A stretch of DNA of 63,978 bases, the filler included, from Craspedostauros australis (lineage: Eukaryota), in NCBI GenBank assembly GCA_030167865.1. It is 8 parts of 8 records of this genome, joined end to end, with 100 filler letters (N's around TTAATTAATTAA, not from the genome) between each part and the next. Parts side by side here need not be neighbours in the genome. Positions count along the whole stretch, not along the records: positions 1 to 26,449 come from JALAGF010002875.1; positions 26,550 to 30,550 come from JALAGF010002878.1; positions 30,651 to 49,442 come from JALAGF010002882.1; 5 more parts are not named here. One strand, given 5' to 3'. Shown one piece after another: positions 24,883-38,078 of this stretch. Every line of letters starts with the position of its first letter. The first letter of the stretch is position 1. Made by a program: the position numbers and the translations under genes. The notes under the pieces were generated by a model. It worked only from the letters and a program-made list of their open reading frames with translations. It did no database searches and was not told the DNA's origin.

Positions 24883-25717
24883 CTTCTTGGAGCACTCGGT
24901 GTTCGTATTTTAAACATGTAACGGTTATATACGTTATAATTGATCATACTCTCCGATTGTTGAGTCGTTCCAATCGAGTCACTCGCGAAGTTGTTGATTA
25001 GTCAGAGTGGTCGAATGCGAACGTGTGACAGTTTCAGCGGAATTCCCGTGCCTTGCAGGAAGGGAAGCGAGACGCGTGGAACAGAAGCCAAAGAAGAAAG
25101 ATCCATCGTGACGGAATCTCGCGAATGGTACTGTTGATGTTTCGTCTTCTTCGAGTTCTCATCGCTCCTTCATGATCACATGCTCGATGGCCATCGGCAG
25201 TTCTCGTCTCTCATCTCTCTTTTGTCTCGTTCGTCCTCGTTTGATCGCACGCCACTCGTGCCAACATGATCGGCGGCAACGAGCATCATGCCATACAAAC
25301 GTGTGAACGGTGTGCAGCTGATCGATTCCCCACTTCTCCATCTTGTCATCTTCATGCTCACCTCGTCGTTTTCGTTTCCGCTGATGTCACTGCTTCCAAT
25401 TCTCGCGAACGTGTGCTTGTGTTTATCTTTTATGTTTGTGCATGTGCGATGTCGGCAGTGCAGTTGGGTTGAACCCGAGCTGCGTGACGAACCTCGGACC
25501 TCACTGCGGCGCAGCACGCACAAGAACCGTTCTCAGCCGGATCTTCTTTGGCCTCTCTCTGCGCGCCAAACGCCCACAGAACAACCAACAGACAACGAGG
25601 AATTGTCCCTCCGTTCCTCTTTTTCCACTTTGCGCAAGGTCTTCAGCTCGACAGGCGCAAAACGAATCTGTCACCAATTCGGTTGCGCAATCATGACGTC
25701 GTCAACAAAGATACCAG

Positions 25718-26449
25718 GGCTAATCCATAGTCACATAGCTTTTGTCTGCGTTGGGTGGTAGGTTTACTAGCACCTCCAAGCTTGCCTTGGATCATCCGGC
25801 TCGATCCCTCCTAGCCAAGTTCGTCTCAGGTCTCTGCCTCGGCTGTTTGCGTTGGTGTTGACTGATTCGATCATGGTTGGAGGGAGAGCGCTGGAATCCC
25901 CAAAGGGCGGGAAGGTGGGTTAAAAAATTTTGAAGCGTTGAAGGAAGCGTACGTCGAAGCGGAGGTGTGACAATTCTGTTGTCTTTTCCAAATTGTGGGT
26001 GATTCGATCGTCGCTGTCCCATCGCTTCTCTGCTTTGTTGTTTACTTTCTCTTCTTCTCTCTTTCTGTTTTGGGCTCCTCGATCCTTCGCGTTTGGCCTC
26101 CTTTGTTTCTCATTTGCTCGGAGCGGGTCTTGATCCTGCTTCACTATCCGATTCTGTCTCTCTTGGCGGGTTTGTAATGCTACTCAAGATAGTGCATTCC
26201 GTGTTCTCGAATTTTCGTTTGTGTTTCGATTTTGTCGCCGCAGTCGTTCATTTTGTGAGCTCCGCATTGCCATCAGATGACCGTTGTCGCACATGGTTCG
26301 AAGTGTCATTACTTAAGCGATCGGCCCATGTGTGGCCGTTATAACCGTTACGACGGGTCTCTGTTGCGGGGTCGCGTGGGTGACTCGCATTTCTGTCGTG
26401 TCCCGTCTCCTTCCTGTGAATGGTGCCCTGGAGTCGTATGGGTCGTCTG
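25718..26449 (-). mobile_element. 3' terminus (A2-B2 split direct repeats) of a PAT-like YR retrotransposon copy, cut off by the contig end
   Basis: 25718-25901 is homologous to 57588-57771 (both 184 bp). 25954-26449 is homologous to 57049-57554. The block order is permuted between the two loci. Confidence 0.85.
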
Positions 26450-26549
26450 NNNNNNNNNNNNNNNNNNNNNNNNNNNNNNNNNNNNNNNNNNNNTTAATTA
26501 ATTAANNNNNNNNNNNNNNNNNNNNNNNNNNNNNNNNNNNNNNNNNNNN
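26450..26549. other. Artificial contig linker (same at 30551-30650, 49443-49542, 50657-50756, 53193-53292, 54718-54817, 56949-57048)
   Basis: Identical 100-nt N-run/TTAATTAATTAA/N-run cassette seen seven times; stop codons in all six frames. Confidence 0.97.
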
Positions 26550-27272
26550 AACCTTCCAGGATTCATGATCGGACGTCAGATCTGCGTGACCATGTGCTTC
26601 TTCATCATCGCCCGTGTCACCACCCTCGATGTCAAGGTTGGAACTGGCGAGAACATCTTCGGAGTCTCTGACAGCACCCAGGAATTCTTCAACACCGGAC
26701 TTCTCGGAGCCCTCATCACCACCATCATCGCCTCCATCACATGGCAGCTGGTCGCATCCGTCTTCCCGATCGCCTTCCTTTCCAACCCAATCGTCTACAT
26801 CTTCCTCCAGTTCTGTCTGTTGTTGGAAGCCACCGGTATCTGCTCCGGAGCCTGGGTNNNNNNNNNNNNNNNNNNNNNNNNNNNNNNNNNNNNNNNNNNN
26901 NNNNNNNNNNNNGGCACCCCAGAGGAGCGCGCCGCCGGCATGAAGCCAGACCACAAGAGCAACCGCAACCTGCACCTTGGAACCAACGTCCTTGTCAACG
27001 AGGTCGGCGCCAGAACTGTCCCAGAGGAGTACCTCGAGATGCAGAGAGCATTGGCCGCAACCCCAGAACCATTCACAAAGCGCCGACATCGTATACTACT
27101 GAAGATCAAGGAGATCCGCGAGCAGATCGACGAAGTCAAGCAGTACGGTGGTGCTGACGGCGACGATGGCGTTAAGGCCCACGTCTTCGAGACCAGTCTG
27201 AAGCATGAGATTAACAAGCTGGATCGACTGAACAGGGAGGAGTGGCGGGACCTGGTCAACGGTCAACAGTGA
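26550..27272 (+). CDS. SIT: Silicon transporter, 3' part (5' end lost at contig edge, internal N gap)
   Basis: NLPGFMIGRQICVTMCFFIIARVT (GXQ motif), GENIFGVSD, FNTGLLGALITTIIAS, WQLVAS, LEATGICSGAW, charged coiled-coil-like tail. Confidence 0.95.
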   Translation, partial: NLPGFMIGRQICVTMCFFIIARVTTLDVKVGTGENIFGVSDSTQEFFNTGLLGALITTIIASITWQLVASVFPIAFLSNPIVYIFLQFCLLLEATGICSGAWXXXXXXXXXXXXXXXXXXXGTPEERAAGMKPDHKSNRNLHLGTNVLVNEVGARTVPEEYLEMQRALAATPEPFTKRRHRILLKIKEIREQIDEVKQYGGADGDDGVKAHVFETSLKHEINKLDRLNREEWRDLVNGQQ

Positions 27273-29300
27273 GCCCTGCAGTGAGTTGAATCGTCCATTC
27301 ACACATTGAACACGCGGAGAGCATACTAGACAATGGCATGGCCTGCCTATTCTACACACAATTACATGCACAATAACAATGTATACTTTTGAAACTGGAG
27401 AGTGGAGTCATAGTGAATGGCAGAACAGAGCCGAGTGCTTTCGAGGGTACTACTGTTGCTGTACCGTCCTATCGAAGCATGTGTTGTTGTCAAGAAAGGA
27501 TACTCTCGAGACAGGTTCGTGAGGCTTCCCATTGTCAATCGCACATTCGAGACGCGACACGCCATCGGCCGCACAAGATCATGCTGATCCAAGACTGCTG
27601 ACGCGCGGACTTCCACAGACACGCACTATCTCCTCTGTTTCTGTTCTTGTCTCCTCTGTTCTGCGAATACTTATTCTGTGGAGATAGACATGGAAAGAAC
27701 TGAGAAAGAGTGCCGACGCACGAGTTCATCGTGATGTCAGGACAGGTTCAAGCTTGCTTGGCGTGGTGCAAAGAACGATCTGCTCTGCACGACTACAGGA
27801 CAGTTGTTCAATGATCAGTCGCGACCCTGGAGGCGCGCTGCAAGGTTTGCGTGGAATGGTGCGTCTGCCCCTGTGGGATGATCACTTCTCCGAGTTGCAT
27901 TCCCCCTCACTTCCCAAACAAATCGCAATCAGAGGTGACGTGGGGGCCTCGTGGTGCGACCTGGAGTCACCTGTAGACAGACAGAGAGAGAGAGAGAGAG
28001 AGCAACTCCCTTGGGATCTCTGGAGTTACATGCGAGCATGAGAGATACGTGCACGAGGCAGATCATGCCCAATGTTCACCGCTCTTGACGCCGAAGGGCA
28101 CAAAAAGCGACATCAAAGACATTGGACCGAGGAGGTTGCGTCGGTCCAACATCGCCAGATAAGACGCTCATCCACAATCTCGCACATTCTCCTTGCTGGT
28201 GCGGTTCCCGCTCGTGCGAGGATGAGCATGGCAGAGACCACATCAACCTTCACACCTGCACACGCGATTGCACAAGAGTTGTTGTACGGAAGAGAGAGTT
28301 CGATGCTGTGCTCGGACCACGCGCGCTCGACGTCCATCCGTTTCGTCCCAGTTTGTGGGCAAGAGCTCTCCAAGTTGCACCCGCATCCAAGACGTCCCCG
28401 CTCCATTCGCCCCTCTCGTGATCGGAGAATGCACGATTCGTGATGTATTGGTATTGCCCAAGACCGATGTCTTCGTGATTCGATGTATTCGCTGCACGAT
28501 CAAGTTGCCTGCGTGTGTCACCTTTTCTTAGCTGTGCTGAAACATTTGAGCCCACTTTTTTATCTCTGCAACACCTTTGACGCGAATGCTCAGTCGCCTT
28601 CTCTGAGACGAAACGTTGAGGTCGGCTGGCTTTGATACCCTCCGAGTCTGCTTGGGCCGCATCGCAAAAAGTGGCACACTCTGCAAATGTCACCTTTTCT
28701 CGTCAAGAGTTGCCGTAGAGAGTTTGTGCGAGCGCAACAAGAGGGACAAGACAACAGAAAAAACGGGGCGTTTGTCTGCTTTGGGTATCGGAGCATACTC
28801 GAAAGTACCGATTCATGGGCTGTCGTCTTTCTTGCTTCTTGTTCTGCTCTACCACCATGCAACAGCCCCGCTCCCGGTTTCCGTATCCCTCCACGAACAC
28901 TTGTGCACGATCTCTGGGTCGCTTGTCTGGAGAGAGCAGACGAGTGAAGTCGCCGTCGTTCTCGTTGTCGGCACTATCGCGAAGGCAATCCATCTCATGT
29001 ATACTGTGCACACCATGATGCATGCTTGGGCTGATACTTGTTGCGATGAACAAAAAGTGAGGCGGTGCAAAGAAGACGAGGAAGACAGGGCGGCACCTCC
29101 CAAAGGACCTCCCCATCCGAACACAAGTAACTCATAATAACAAGACAGCGAGGAACTCAAAGAGAAAGAGGTGGCCGACACGCAATCGCCACAAGTAGCC
29201 ACATCTTGCATTCTGCGAATACCATCAAATCACATAATACAACACTCAACCAACCGCAACACATTTCACCATCAGCAACCATCAGTAGCCTACAGCAACT

Positions 29301-30550
29301 ATGAGGGTGACATACCAACGACAACGAGGAGGCCTTTGGCAACATAGACTTGTAGTCACCACCATAGTCTTGGTCCTGCTCCTGTTGTGCCAATCTATGC
29401 CAGGCAACGGTACGGGTGGCACTACTTTCGTGTCCGCCTCCCTCGATGAGGATGCCCTGGAGGTGCTCGAAGGCCCAGTGGAAGAGCCCATAGGCGACAC
29501 ATGGGATGTGCTGGATGAAGACAACGAAACGGACACCTCCGTGATCTGCGAGGCGACGCCTGAGGTTTTCGAAACGGCTGCGTTCGTTCGTCTTAAAGGT
29601 GTCCCAGAAGACTTGAGCGACGAAGATAAGCAAATGCTGTCGGAGTCCTTTGAGATCGCCTACAACAACTTGGCGTCATGTCCCCAGCAGGGATCTGTGA
29701 GGTTGGTCAAGAACTGCAGGGTCGCCGACGTATCGACAGAAGTCAAAGGCTTTGCTGGGACATCTGGTGAGAAGAAGATGGAACAGAAGAAGCCTCGAAA
29801 GATGACTTTGGTTCTGGAGATGCTCCTGGAATGCAACAGCTGCAAGACCATCAATGTCGATGGCCTCGAACGCGCCGAGCTCTTCTTTGAGGACATCGAC
29901 TTCGACGTCGATGCCAACGACAACAGCGACAACGACGCTCGTCGGCGGTTGGCTGATATCTCTGATGGGAACAACAATAATGATGGCGACGCCACACTTC
30001 GTTTGACTGATATCCTGGCCACCGCCGAGGACCGTGGCGTCCTCCTGTCTGATAACTCGGACAGTGCTGCCCAACCTTCCATCGCTCATCCAGGACAACA
30101 CCCCGAACCACGAGACGCACCTACAAAGAAAGACATGCCACAGAAGAAAGGCGCAACTGCTGAGCGTACAGCCGACCATCTCGATCTTCATTCGCCAATA
30201 TCTGATGCCAACAAGAACTCAAGCGGACGTCTGTCGTTTGCGACGCACCGTATGCTCAAGAAGCACACATTGGAACCTGCCACGGTGAAGACCACGAAGA
30301 ACTCGGACGAAGTGCAACCATCCACTCCTACAACAATCGCTGACCCAACCCTCGAATCGCTCAGCAAGACAGTGACACCAGAGGATGCTGGCACAGAAGC
30401 CGAAAGCGCATGCCAGGATTGCCGTGGTCCCCGTCGGGGCGACTTCAAGGATGAGTTTATCACCGTGTTGGAACAGAAGATGGCAGAAGTTAGGCGATCC
30501 CGGGCATTGCAACGTGACGCCAGCACGGCAGCCGGACTCGAGAAGACGAG
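29301..30550 (+). CDS. Secreted or cell-surface protein of unknown function, 3'-truncated by contig end
   Basis: Hydrophobic signal-like segment LVVTTIVLVLLLLC, Cys-containing domain (FEIAYNNLASC...ECNSC), RRL/RML/RAL processing-like motifs typical of diatom extracellular proteins. Confidence 0.7.
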
Positions 30551-33500
30551 NNNNNNNNNNNNNNNNNNNNNNNNNNNNNNNNNNNNNNNNNNNNTTAATT
30601 AATTAANNNNNNNNNNNNNNNNNNNNNNNNNNNNNNNNNNNNNNNNNNNNGTGTTCAAAACAATTGCCTTTCTCACACAACTGTCTATTCAATCTGGAGG
30701 CTTCAGTCCATACCAAGTTAATTACTAGAGTCAAGAGTGATCCACATCCTATTGAATGCCACAATCACTTCATCGTATCGTTAACAGCTGCGCTGCCTTT
30801 TCGTAGACTACAGTATGCGTTCGACATGGGACTGACGAGCAGAAATCAAACCCGAACGGGGTTTGTTGGTAGAACAGTGATACAACGTATTTTCCATAGA
30901 AATGACATATATGCATATTTCCCTCAACTCTCTGGCAGAGAGGGCAAGAAAGTCGGAGAATGATTGAATGGGTGAATGATCGGATGGATGGGTGGATGGG
31001 TGGATTTGTGAGCGAAGGAAGGAAGAAGCCATTCAAAAGCAAACAATGGCATGGAGAGAATGGAGACAACCAATCCGACGAGCATCTGTGTGTCGGCACA
31101 GCATTCTCGCATGGCACAGGTCAGAACACCACTCACGTGCGTAAGCACGCACGCAAACAAACAATCAAGCACGGGATATGTTGCCTTGGCAGCTCATTTG
31201 GACTCCGGAGTGGAGAGTACGCTCTCTCCTTCTCATCTGCGACACTTATTCGGCCGTGCCCCTGCATCCAAATTCCGGGAGTAGAAGCCCCATGGAGTGC
31301 AGCACGATAAGATAGAGGCGCGCTGCGACCCAACAAGACGAATCGCCCTCCACATCGATGCTGCGTTTGCCTTTCCGCGGATGTATGTGAAGCACCATAC
31401 TCGCACGAGCTCCCTCAAGGGATACCGACTTGGTGCCATGGCCGTCCAACGCCGCACACACGGGAAGGCGGTGTCGAACTATCCGCTGCTTCATCTGAAC
31501 AATATGTCCTTGTGATACTCACGAGCAACGTGTTAAGATCCTCTCGCTGGCTCGGAACGACATCGGACGTGTCTCAAGGAATCATTGATCCACCATTCGA
31601 CTCTGTCGATGATACCCATCATACGAGTACGGCCTACGAGAGAGGGGGCAGAGGTAGCGGATGAGCACATCCTGCTTTGTCGCCGCGAGAAGCATGTGAA
31701 GGAACACGAATGGGATGGTGCACGCAGAGCCTGGAGCAAAGCGAAGGTATCGACGAGAAACGCCGGTGCTGGGTTGAGGCATGTTGGCAGCCGGTACTGT
31801 GGCTCCCGCCTGTGGGGGGCTCGTGTGCGTCGCGCTATTGCGCTCACATCATATCCCATCGTTTTCTGCCCATCGTTCCTTTCTGTCTCGTGTGCAGGTT
31901 CTGCACAGCGGCGGAGTTTCTTCCCAAAAAGAGAAAGAGGAGGATTCCCAAGGTAGAGCGAGTGTCGCCCCCCTCTCTCCGATGCTCTGGGGACAAATTG
32001 GCAGCTCAGGAATCAGCAGCGAGGGAGAACAAATTCAAGACAAACGCGTTCAGAAGGACCCACCATCCTGCCTGGGACGGATGGATCCATCGTTCTCCAA
32101 CGAATGGGGGTGGTGCCTTGGTCATGAGGAGCGCGTCCGAACTGACCCTCCACAATTCGCGATTCCGTGCCCGTGCAATTCACGCGATGCGCCCAGGAGA
32201 GAGAAGCAGTTTTGGCGCGCGCAACCTCAGTCTCCCAGTGCACAAATGGAGTTGCCATCAAATGAATCTTCGTTCTGGTTTCGAAGCAGTTGGTTCCCGC
32301 TGTGGTGATGTGATTCCGCCACGCCAACGATCCCCTCTGCAACATTGGCAACACGATACCACACCATGCCACACCATGCCACGACAGAGGATAGACTGGA
32401 ATGTATGGCATGGTCCCCCACGAGCAGAGAGTATGATGCTTGTCGTCCGAGGAATGAGAATGAAAAGAGAGTAGCCAGGTTGATGTTCACGGCCAATGTT
32501 TGTGTCGATACAGGTAGAACAGGTCAAGCAGAACACGCACAGCGCCCAACCTTGGGGCAGGGCGGAGCACTCTTGCTATTTTACCACACGATCCAGTTCT
32601 GCAATAATTATTGCACGATGTACCTCCATATATAGTGGTCGGTGGTTTGGACCTCCAAGGAATAGGAAACGATGGAACGCAGAATGGTTTCACGATCACA
32701 CCATCATGGGATCCGTCGTCTCTCGAAATGAATATCGTGAACACATTCTGCCTGCGCGCTCGCGGCCCCCATGCCAATCCCAAATCCTTCATACCATGCA
32801 AACCCAACTGCGCTGTGGGTGCGTATGGTGTGCATAGTATTGGCACGAAGCTGCCTGTTCGCGGAGCAACTCGAATGGAAGGCATGGTAGTGGTACGATC
32901 TTTGCGTAGCGTCGAAGCAGCCATTGTACAATAGTTGGAATGCAAACATTGACACATCTACAGCCCGCCCATCCCTTCCACTCGTGTGGTATAAGAGATC
33001 CAGGCATGGGCACAGGCAGAACGACAGAGCAAGACCAAGGCAAACCAGAGCAAAGTGGCACCAAGCGGAGCAGAACCGAACTTGTCAGCATTGGAAAACT
33101 CGTGAAGGCAATCCCAAAAGTGCGAACAAAGAGGTGTGGATGATTGTCGGCTGGTTTTGTCGCAAGGGTTGTTCGTTGAAGATGAAGCCGCCTGGGTCCG
33201 GATTCCCCTTCGCGCTGACAGATGCAACAACCCGATCCGGTACCGAACGTTCAGCACGTCGCACGGGCCATTTGTACATGCACACAAAATGCTGCCATGC
33301 TGTTGTGCTTTGGGGTGTTGGTGTTGGTGCTGGTGCGAGTGTCGATTGAAGTGTTGATGGTTGATGTTGATGTTCGTGGCAGGGGCGTATTGGTGCCGGG
33401 GCGGGTGCTCGCACTTTTTGCGGCATGATGAGATCGAGAATGTGCACAGAACACACAGATTACGATCTGCTCTCTCTCTCTCTCTCTAACAAGAGAGAGA

Positions 33501-35105
33501 GAGTACTCTGCTCCACGACCAGTTGCGCACACAATTCGAAATCGTGGATGCGGTGCGAGTAGCCGGTAGCATTGCGATCATGGGAGCACAACAGAGCACT
33601 CCAACGATGTTTGCGACGGAGGAAACTACGAACGTGAGTTTTCCAAGACCAGACTACGTGATTATCTCCTGAGCACAGATCGACTTGGATGACATTGTCA
33701 CCCAATGGCGAATGATCCCAGGGCAGGATAAGCACGAAGTTGGGGAGCGCTGTTGTTTGGTCCCACCAGAAATGCTGTCAGTGATTCTACTAACCAAGTT
33801 CTGGCCACTATGTGGTGATAGCAGCGGCAGCCTTCCACATGACTCCTGCGACGAAAACGAACGGACCAACAAAAACAGCCGCGAGTTCCGTATTCCATGT
33901 ATTTGCGTGGAGACAAGTTGCCAGTACTGCAGCATACTATACGTACTAACGTGCTTGCGAACGTCATTGCATTTTGGTGCGTGGGCGCTGTCGAGTAGCT
34001 CGTGGAACAAGACAAGAAACTGTTGTGACGGGGTTCTTCCAACAGGTTTATTGTTCGCAACATCCGCTACCAGGGGGGCAACCAAGCGAGCCAGAATGAA
34101 AAGACGCCAACAAACACACATCAAACTCGGGACATTTTGAGACAGTGATGAGGAGGCATTGACGTACACGTTCTTGTTCTCTGTCAATGGCCCCATCGTC
34201 CCTCTATCTCTCTTCCTCAATGGTAGTTCTTCTTTTGTCCGCGAGGGAACTGGTAGCGTTGGATTTGATCTCGTTACCAAACACAAAGAACGAGACATTT
34301 TGATGAACAAAGGCCATCCAGAATCGAATACAACCGTCGGTGGAGTGAAGGCGGTTGCCGCGAGTGTCGGTATCACCCATCATACGGTTCCAGTTCGAGT
34401 TTCTCCATCCTCCGTAACAGTGCTCGCAGGCGCCTGTAGTTGTGTGGCACGCACAACATCGCGATTTGTCAGCTGGACATTGGGGGCTTCTCTCTTCCAC
34501 GAGCCTTGCAGCCGCACACGCATGTTCGTACCATAGTACCAGGACAGAACGGCACGAGTTCGAAGTCGAGGACGAGCACAGCGCGTCGGTATCACCACCA
34601 ATATCCGGCAAATTCGCAGCCGCTGGTCTTTGCTCGCGGTTCGGCTCCCTGTTTTCAGCCCAAGTCAACCTCGCCTGTATTGGTTTTGGCTCCCTTCTAT
34701 CAGCGACAATCGGAGGGGAACGAAGGTCAGAGGGCGGAAGGTACCATACATGCACGATACTCGCACGTCTGCTCTGCCCTGCTCGTACTGTATGGGGTCA
34801 TTCTGCGTGGAACAAGTACCATACGCACACGATACACATACCGCACGACGCCCAACCATTCCATCTCTTGGAGCAACCAAACATGGCAAACAACCCACCG
34901 GACACAAAGACAGAAAGGCACAAAGGCAAGAAGGCAAGAAGGCAGGTAGGCAAGCAAGTAATCCCGCGCGTTGAACAGCACAAGCAATCAGTTATCATCC
35001 AGGGCAAAGCAGAGCATCATATTATACCATCCGAGCACCATCCTCGCACAAGTGCCATACAGACTTATTATATAATACTTACTAATACGAGCACGCGCAA
35101 TCCCC

Positions 35106-38078
35106 ATGGCAATCGGCTGCCAACGAAGTCAAGAACTCGCGCCCAAACTCTTTCCGCGACTTGTCATCATGAGCGCCGGTGGCGATAGAATCACAGGCAA
35201 CAGTAACAACAGTAACAGCAGCAACAACAGTAACAACAACAGTACCAGCAGCAACAGCAGCAGCTCAAGTGATAGCGACACAAGCAATACAATCGATCAT
35301 AGCCTACAGCGCCATCAACAACGCGGCATGGGTGCGAGCAGTGGAGAAGAAGGACAACAGCCGGAGCCATCACGTTCGTCACATTCATCACATGCATCCA
35401 CGTCATCTCTCGTTCGCGTCCGCAAGCGCAAGCACAAGCACAAGAAGCACACAAAGAGAAAGCACAAGAAGCACAAGAAGCCAGGCAGCAAGAACGACCA
35501 GCGGCAGAGGCGTCCACGGCTGGGGCAACCTTCAGAAGACACGGCCAATGACGACAGCAGCGCCAGCACCAGCGCCAACATTACTATCAATGTCAGTATC
35601 AATGCCAATGCCAGTGCTAAAACTGATGGCACGGGGGGTGCTGTTGGAACCGCCAAAGTCGGTGCTCACAAATCAAAGACCGAGACTGAACGCGATCATA
35701 CTGCTAGTACGAGTAGCAAGAAAGAGGACCATGGCGATGACACTCGACGCCAGGAAGACGACGGCAACAGCTCTCGTCCTCTCTTTGCAACATCTGCTCA
35801 TCCAAAGGGGGTGGTGGGAACACTCAGGATCAATAGGCAACATCTGAGGGGATCATCGACGGTTGGCAACATCATGGACGAAGGTAGCATTGGTGACGAA
35901 GACAAGAATGGTAGCGCTGACAGCAGCACCACCACCTCCACCAATAGCAACGGCAGTAGTCAGGATGGTGCAAGGAAGAGCGAACTCAATGAGGCTGATA
36001 ATTCCAATGAGGCCAAAGAGGCCAATGCAAAGAGCGATGAGGACATGGGCGACGCAGCCGAAAAGACGAGGGTCTCTGGCACACCAGCATCGCTATCAGA
36101 TCCAGCAGACCCACCAAGCTCATTAGGGGGACCGACCCTGGACGGCGGCGCCGCATCAGCAACTAAGGATGAGGAAACGCCAGCGGGCGATGGAAGCACA
36201 GCAAGGATAGACCACCCATCGGATGAGGCAGCCGCAGCTTCCCAGAGGTTCATTAGGGACATCCTGAAGGATGACATCCTCTTCGGGAGAGGCAAGCCCT
36301 TCCAGAATCACCCTGGCAACCAAAGGATGCACCGGATCGTGGATTCGTTCAGAGAGGAGTACGCGCAGTCGCCACGCAACATCAAGTCCATGATCTCGCA
36401 ATCCATCGTCCTGCGCCTCAAGAATGACCACAACGCGCGTTTCCTTCGCCGCGCAGATGAGGATGAAGCACCGCCGACGTCCCTCACCACCACCGAGAAA
36501 GGGCTGTGGGAAGAGGTTGACAATCACAGTGCGAGGGAGAAGATCGCGCATGCCTTCCGCAACCGTTCCTTCAAACGAATGCGCGCGAAGGGCCTCAAGA
36601 ATCAAAAGATTCGCCAACAGCGTGCCAAGAAGGGCGTGAAGGCAGACACCAATTCACCGATCGCGCCTCACTGGACGTCCGACAAAACTGCCGTTGCCGC
36701 GCACGCTGCTGGCATGGAGGGAGTGCTTCCAGACCTTGCGCAGCATGAGCTCGCTGCGGGCGTAGCTGGGACCGGTTTTTCCACGAGCACCTTCGCCAGG
36801 AGCACGTTGCAGCCAAGATCGGCTCGAGCCCTATCCAATGCACCCCCAGTGCGGTCTCCTTCCCATCACCAAACGGACACGTCCGACGCGTCTTTGCGAT
36901 CGCTACTGCAGCATCCACATCAGCTCCAGCTTGAACAGCACTCTGCATATCCCGGTTTGCGACCCCAGAGCACGCTTCAACAGGCCCCGGACCTGCCCGC
37001 TTCTTCGCTGCTCGGACTGGAGCAACAAATTCGCACTCTTCAACAGCAACGGCGGCAGGGCCGTGAGTCTAGTCCTCAGCAGCAGCAACAAAGCAACCAC
37101 GCAGCGCAGCAGAGAAGAGAGGAGTATGCTGCGGCACTCGAAGCGTCGGTGCTGGACTTGCCAACATCAAGCCTCGTGCTTGATGGGGGGAGTCTCTTTG
37201 GAAATCGGCCGGAAGGCGCAGGCTCGATGCAACTGCCGCTCTCTTTGTCCTCTGCCATAGCTCCCACACTCGATATGAGCATCATCAATCAAACCTCACT
37301 CCCTCCAGATGATCCTAACTTCGCCCATCAATCACTGCAGCAGCTGCAACGAACTATTCGTCTCCAGCAGCAACAACAACAACATCAACATCAACAACAA
37401 CAAGAGTTGCAACAAAGACAGCAGCAACAGCTTGAGCAAGCGCGACATCGATCTCGCCAGATCTTACAGAATCAGCAAGAAGCCATCAAGCAGCAGCAGC
37501 AAGAACAGCAACATCGAAGGCAGCAGATCCGACAACTGCAACAGGCACAGCAGCTGCAGGAGCTGCAAGAGCTGCGGCAGTTGCAGCAAGCACACATCCC
37601 GCAGACAGCAACGCCAGCCGTGTCAGCCTCGTTGGCCGCCCAACTGGGATTGCCTGATCCTTTGCTTCTGGGCGGTTCTGGCTTGGTGGATTCCTTGGAT
37701 TCTACTACCACCGACCTCCTGCTGCAACAACGGCTGTCGATCATGGAAACACTGCGGATGGGACAAGAACAGCGACGACACCAACATCAGCAACAGCTCC
37801 ACCACGCAGTCGCGGGTATCAATCCAGGCTTGGCCGCGACACAGCAGCTCCAACAGGAAGACAAGGAAGAAGAACAGCAGCAGCAAAGACAGCGCGCCTT
37901 GGAACAGCTGAGCCATCAGCTTCTTCTCGGTCAAAGGCAGCAGCTGCACCCCGCCTCGTTTCTGACGAGAGCCGCTTCAGCCGGTGTCCAGAGCGCACAG
38001 GAGGAAGATGATCACGAAAAGAACGAAAGCGGGAACGCGGGTACACTTCGGCATAGCCCATCTCGCGGGCAGAAGTGA
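35106..38078 (+). CDS. DUF6824-domain protein with Q-rich C-terminus (putative regulator); start could be 35169
   Basis: DDILFGRGKPFQNHPGNQRMHRIV...RFLRR...WEEVDNHSAREKIAHAFR; basic NLS-like tract; polyQ. Confidence 0.85.
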   Translation: MAIGCQRSQELAPKLFPRLVIMSAGGDRITGNSNNSNSSNNSNNNSTSSNSSSSSDSDTSNTIDHSLQRHQQRGMGASSGEEGQQPEPSRSSHSSHASTSSLVRVRKRKHKHKKHTKRKHKKHKKPGSKNDQRQRRPRLGQPSEDTANDDSSASTSANITINVSINANASAKTDGTGGAVGTAKVGAHKSKTETERDHTASTSSKKEDHGDDTRRQEDDGNSSRPLFATSAHPKGVVGTLRINRQHLRGSSTVGNIMDEGSIGDEDKNGSADSSTTTSTNSNGSSQDGARKSELNEADNSNEAKEANAKSDEDMGDAAEKTRVSGTPASLSDPADPPSSLGGPTLDGGAASATKDEETPAGDGSTARIDHPSDEAAAASQRFIRDILKDDILFGRGKPFQNHPGNQRMHRIVDSFREEYAQSPRNIKSMISQSIVLRLKNDHNARFLRRADEDEAPPTSLTTTEKGLWEEVDNHSAREKIAHAFRNRSFKRMRAKGLKNQKIRQQRAKKGVKADTNSPIAPHWTSDKTAVAAHAAGMEGVLPDLAQHELAAGVAGTGFSTSTFARSTLQPRSARALSNAPPVRSPSHHQTDTSDASLRSLLQHPHQLQLEQHSAYPGLRPQSTLQQAPDLPASSLLGLEQQIRTLQQQRRQGRESSPQQQQQSNHAAQQRREEYAAALEASVLDLPTSSLVLDGGSLFGNRPEGAGSMQLPLSLSSAIAPTLDMSIINQTSLPPDDPNFAHQSLQQLQRTIRLQQQQQQHQHQQQQELQQRQQQQLEQARHRSRQILQNQQEAIKQQQQEQQHRRQQIRQLQQAQQLQELQELRQLQQAHIPQTATPAVSASLAAQLGLPDPLLLGGSGLVDSLDSTTTDLLLQQRLSIMETLRMGQEQRRHQHQQQLHHAVAGINPGLAATQQLQQEDKEEEQQQQRQRALEQLSHQLLLGQRQQLHPASFLTRAASAGVQSAQEEDDHEKNESGNAGTLRHSPSRGQK

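Larger units (their letters stand above)
23671..25056. mobile_element. Inverted-repeat-bounded element containing two minisatellite arrays (possible non-autonomous DNA transposon)
   Basis: GCAAGACACGGGAATTCCACTGAAACTG (23671-23698) matches the reverse complement of 25029-25056 at 26/28 positions. No target-site duplication seen. Confidence 0.55.

Noticed and set aside
33468..33502. (CT)n-AACA-(AG)n hairpin
   Set aside because: Simple microsatellite inversion with no functional evidence.
30651..35100. ORFs of up to 265 aa
   Set aside because: No recognisable domains or coding-like bias; cannot be supported.
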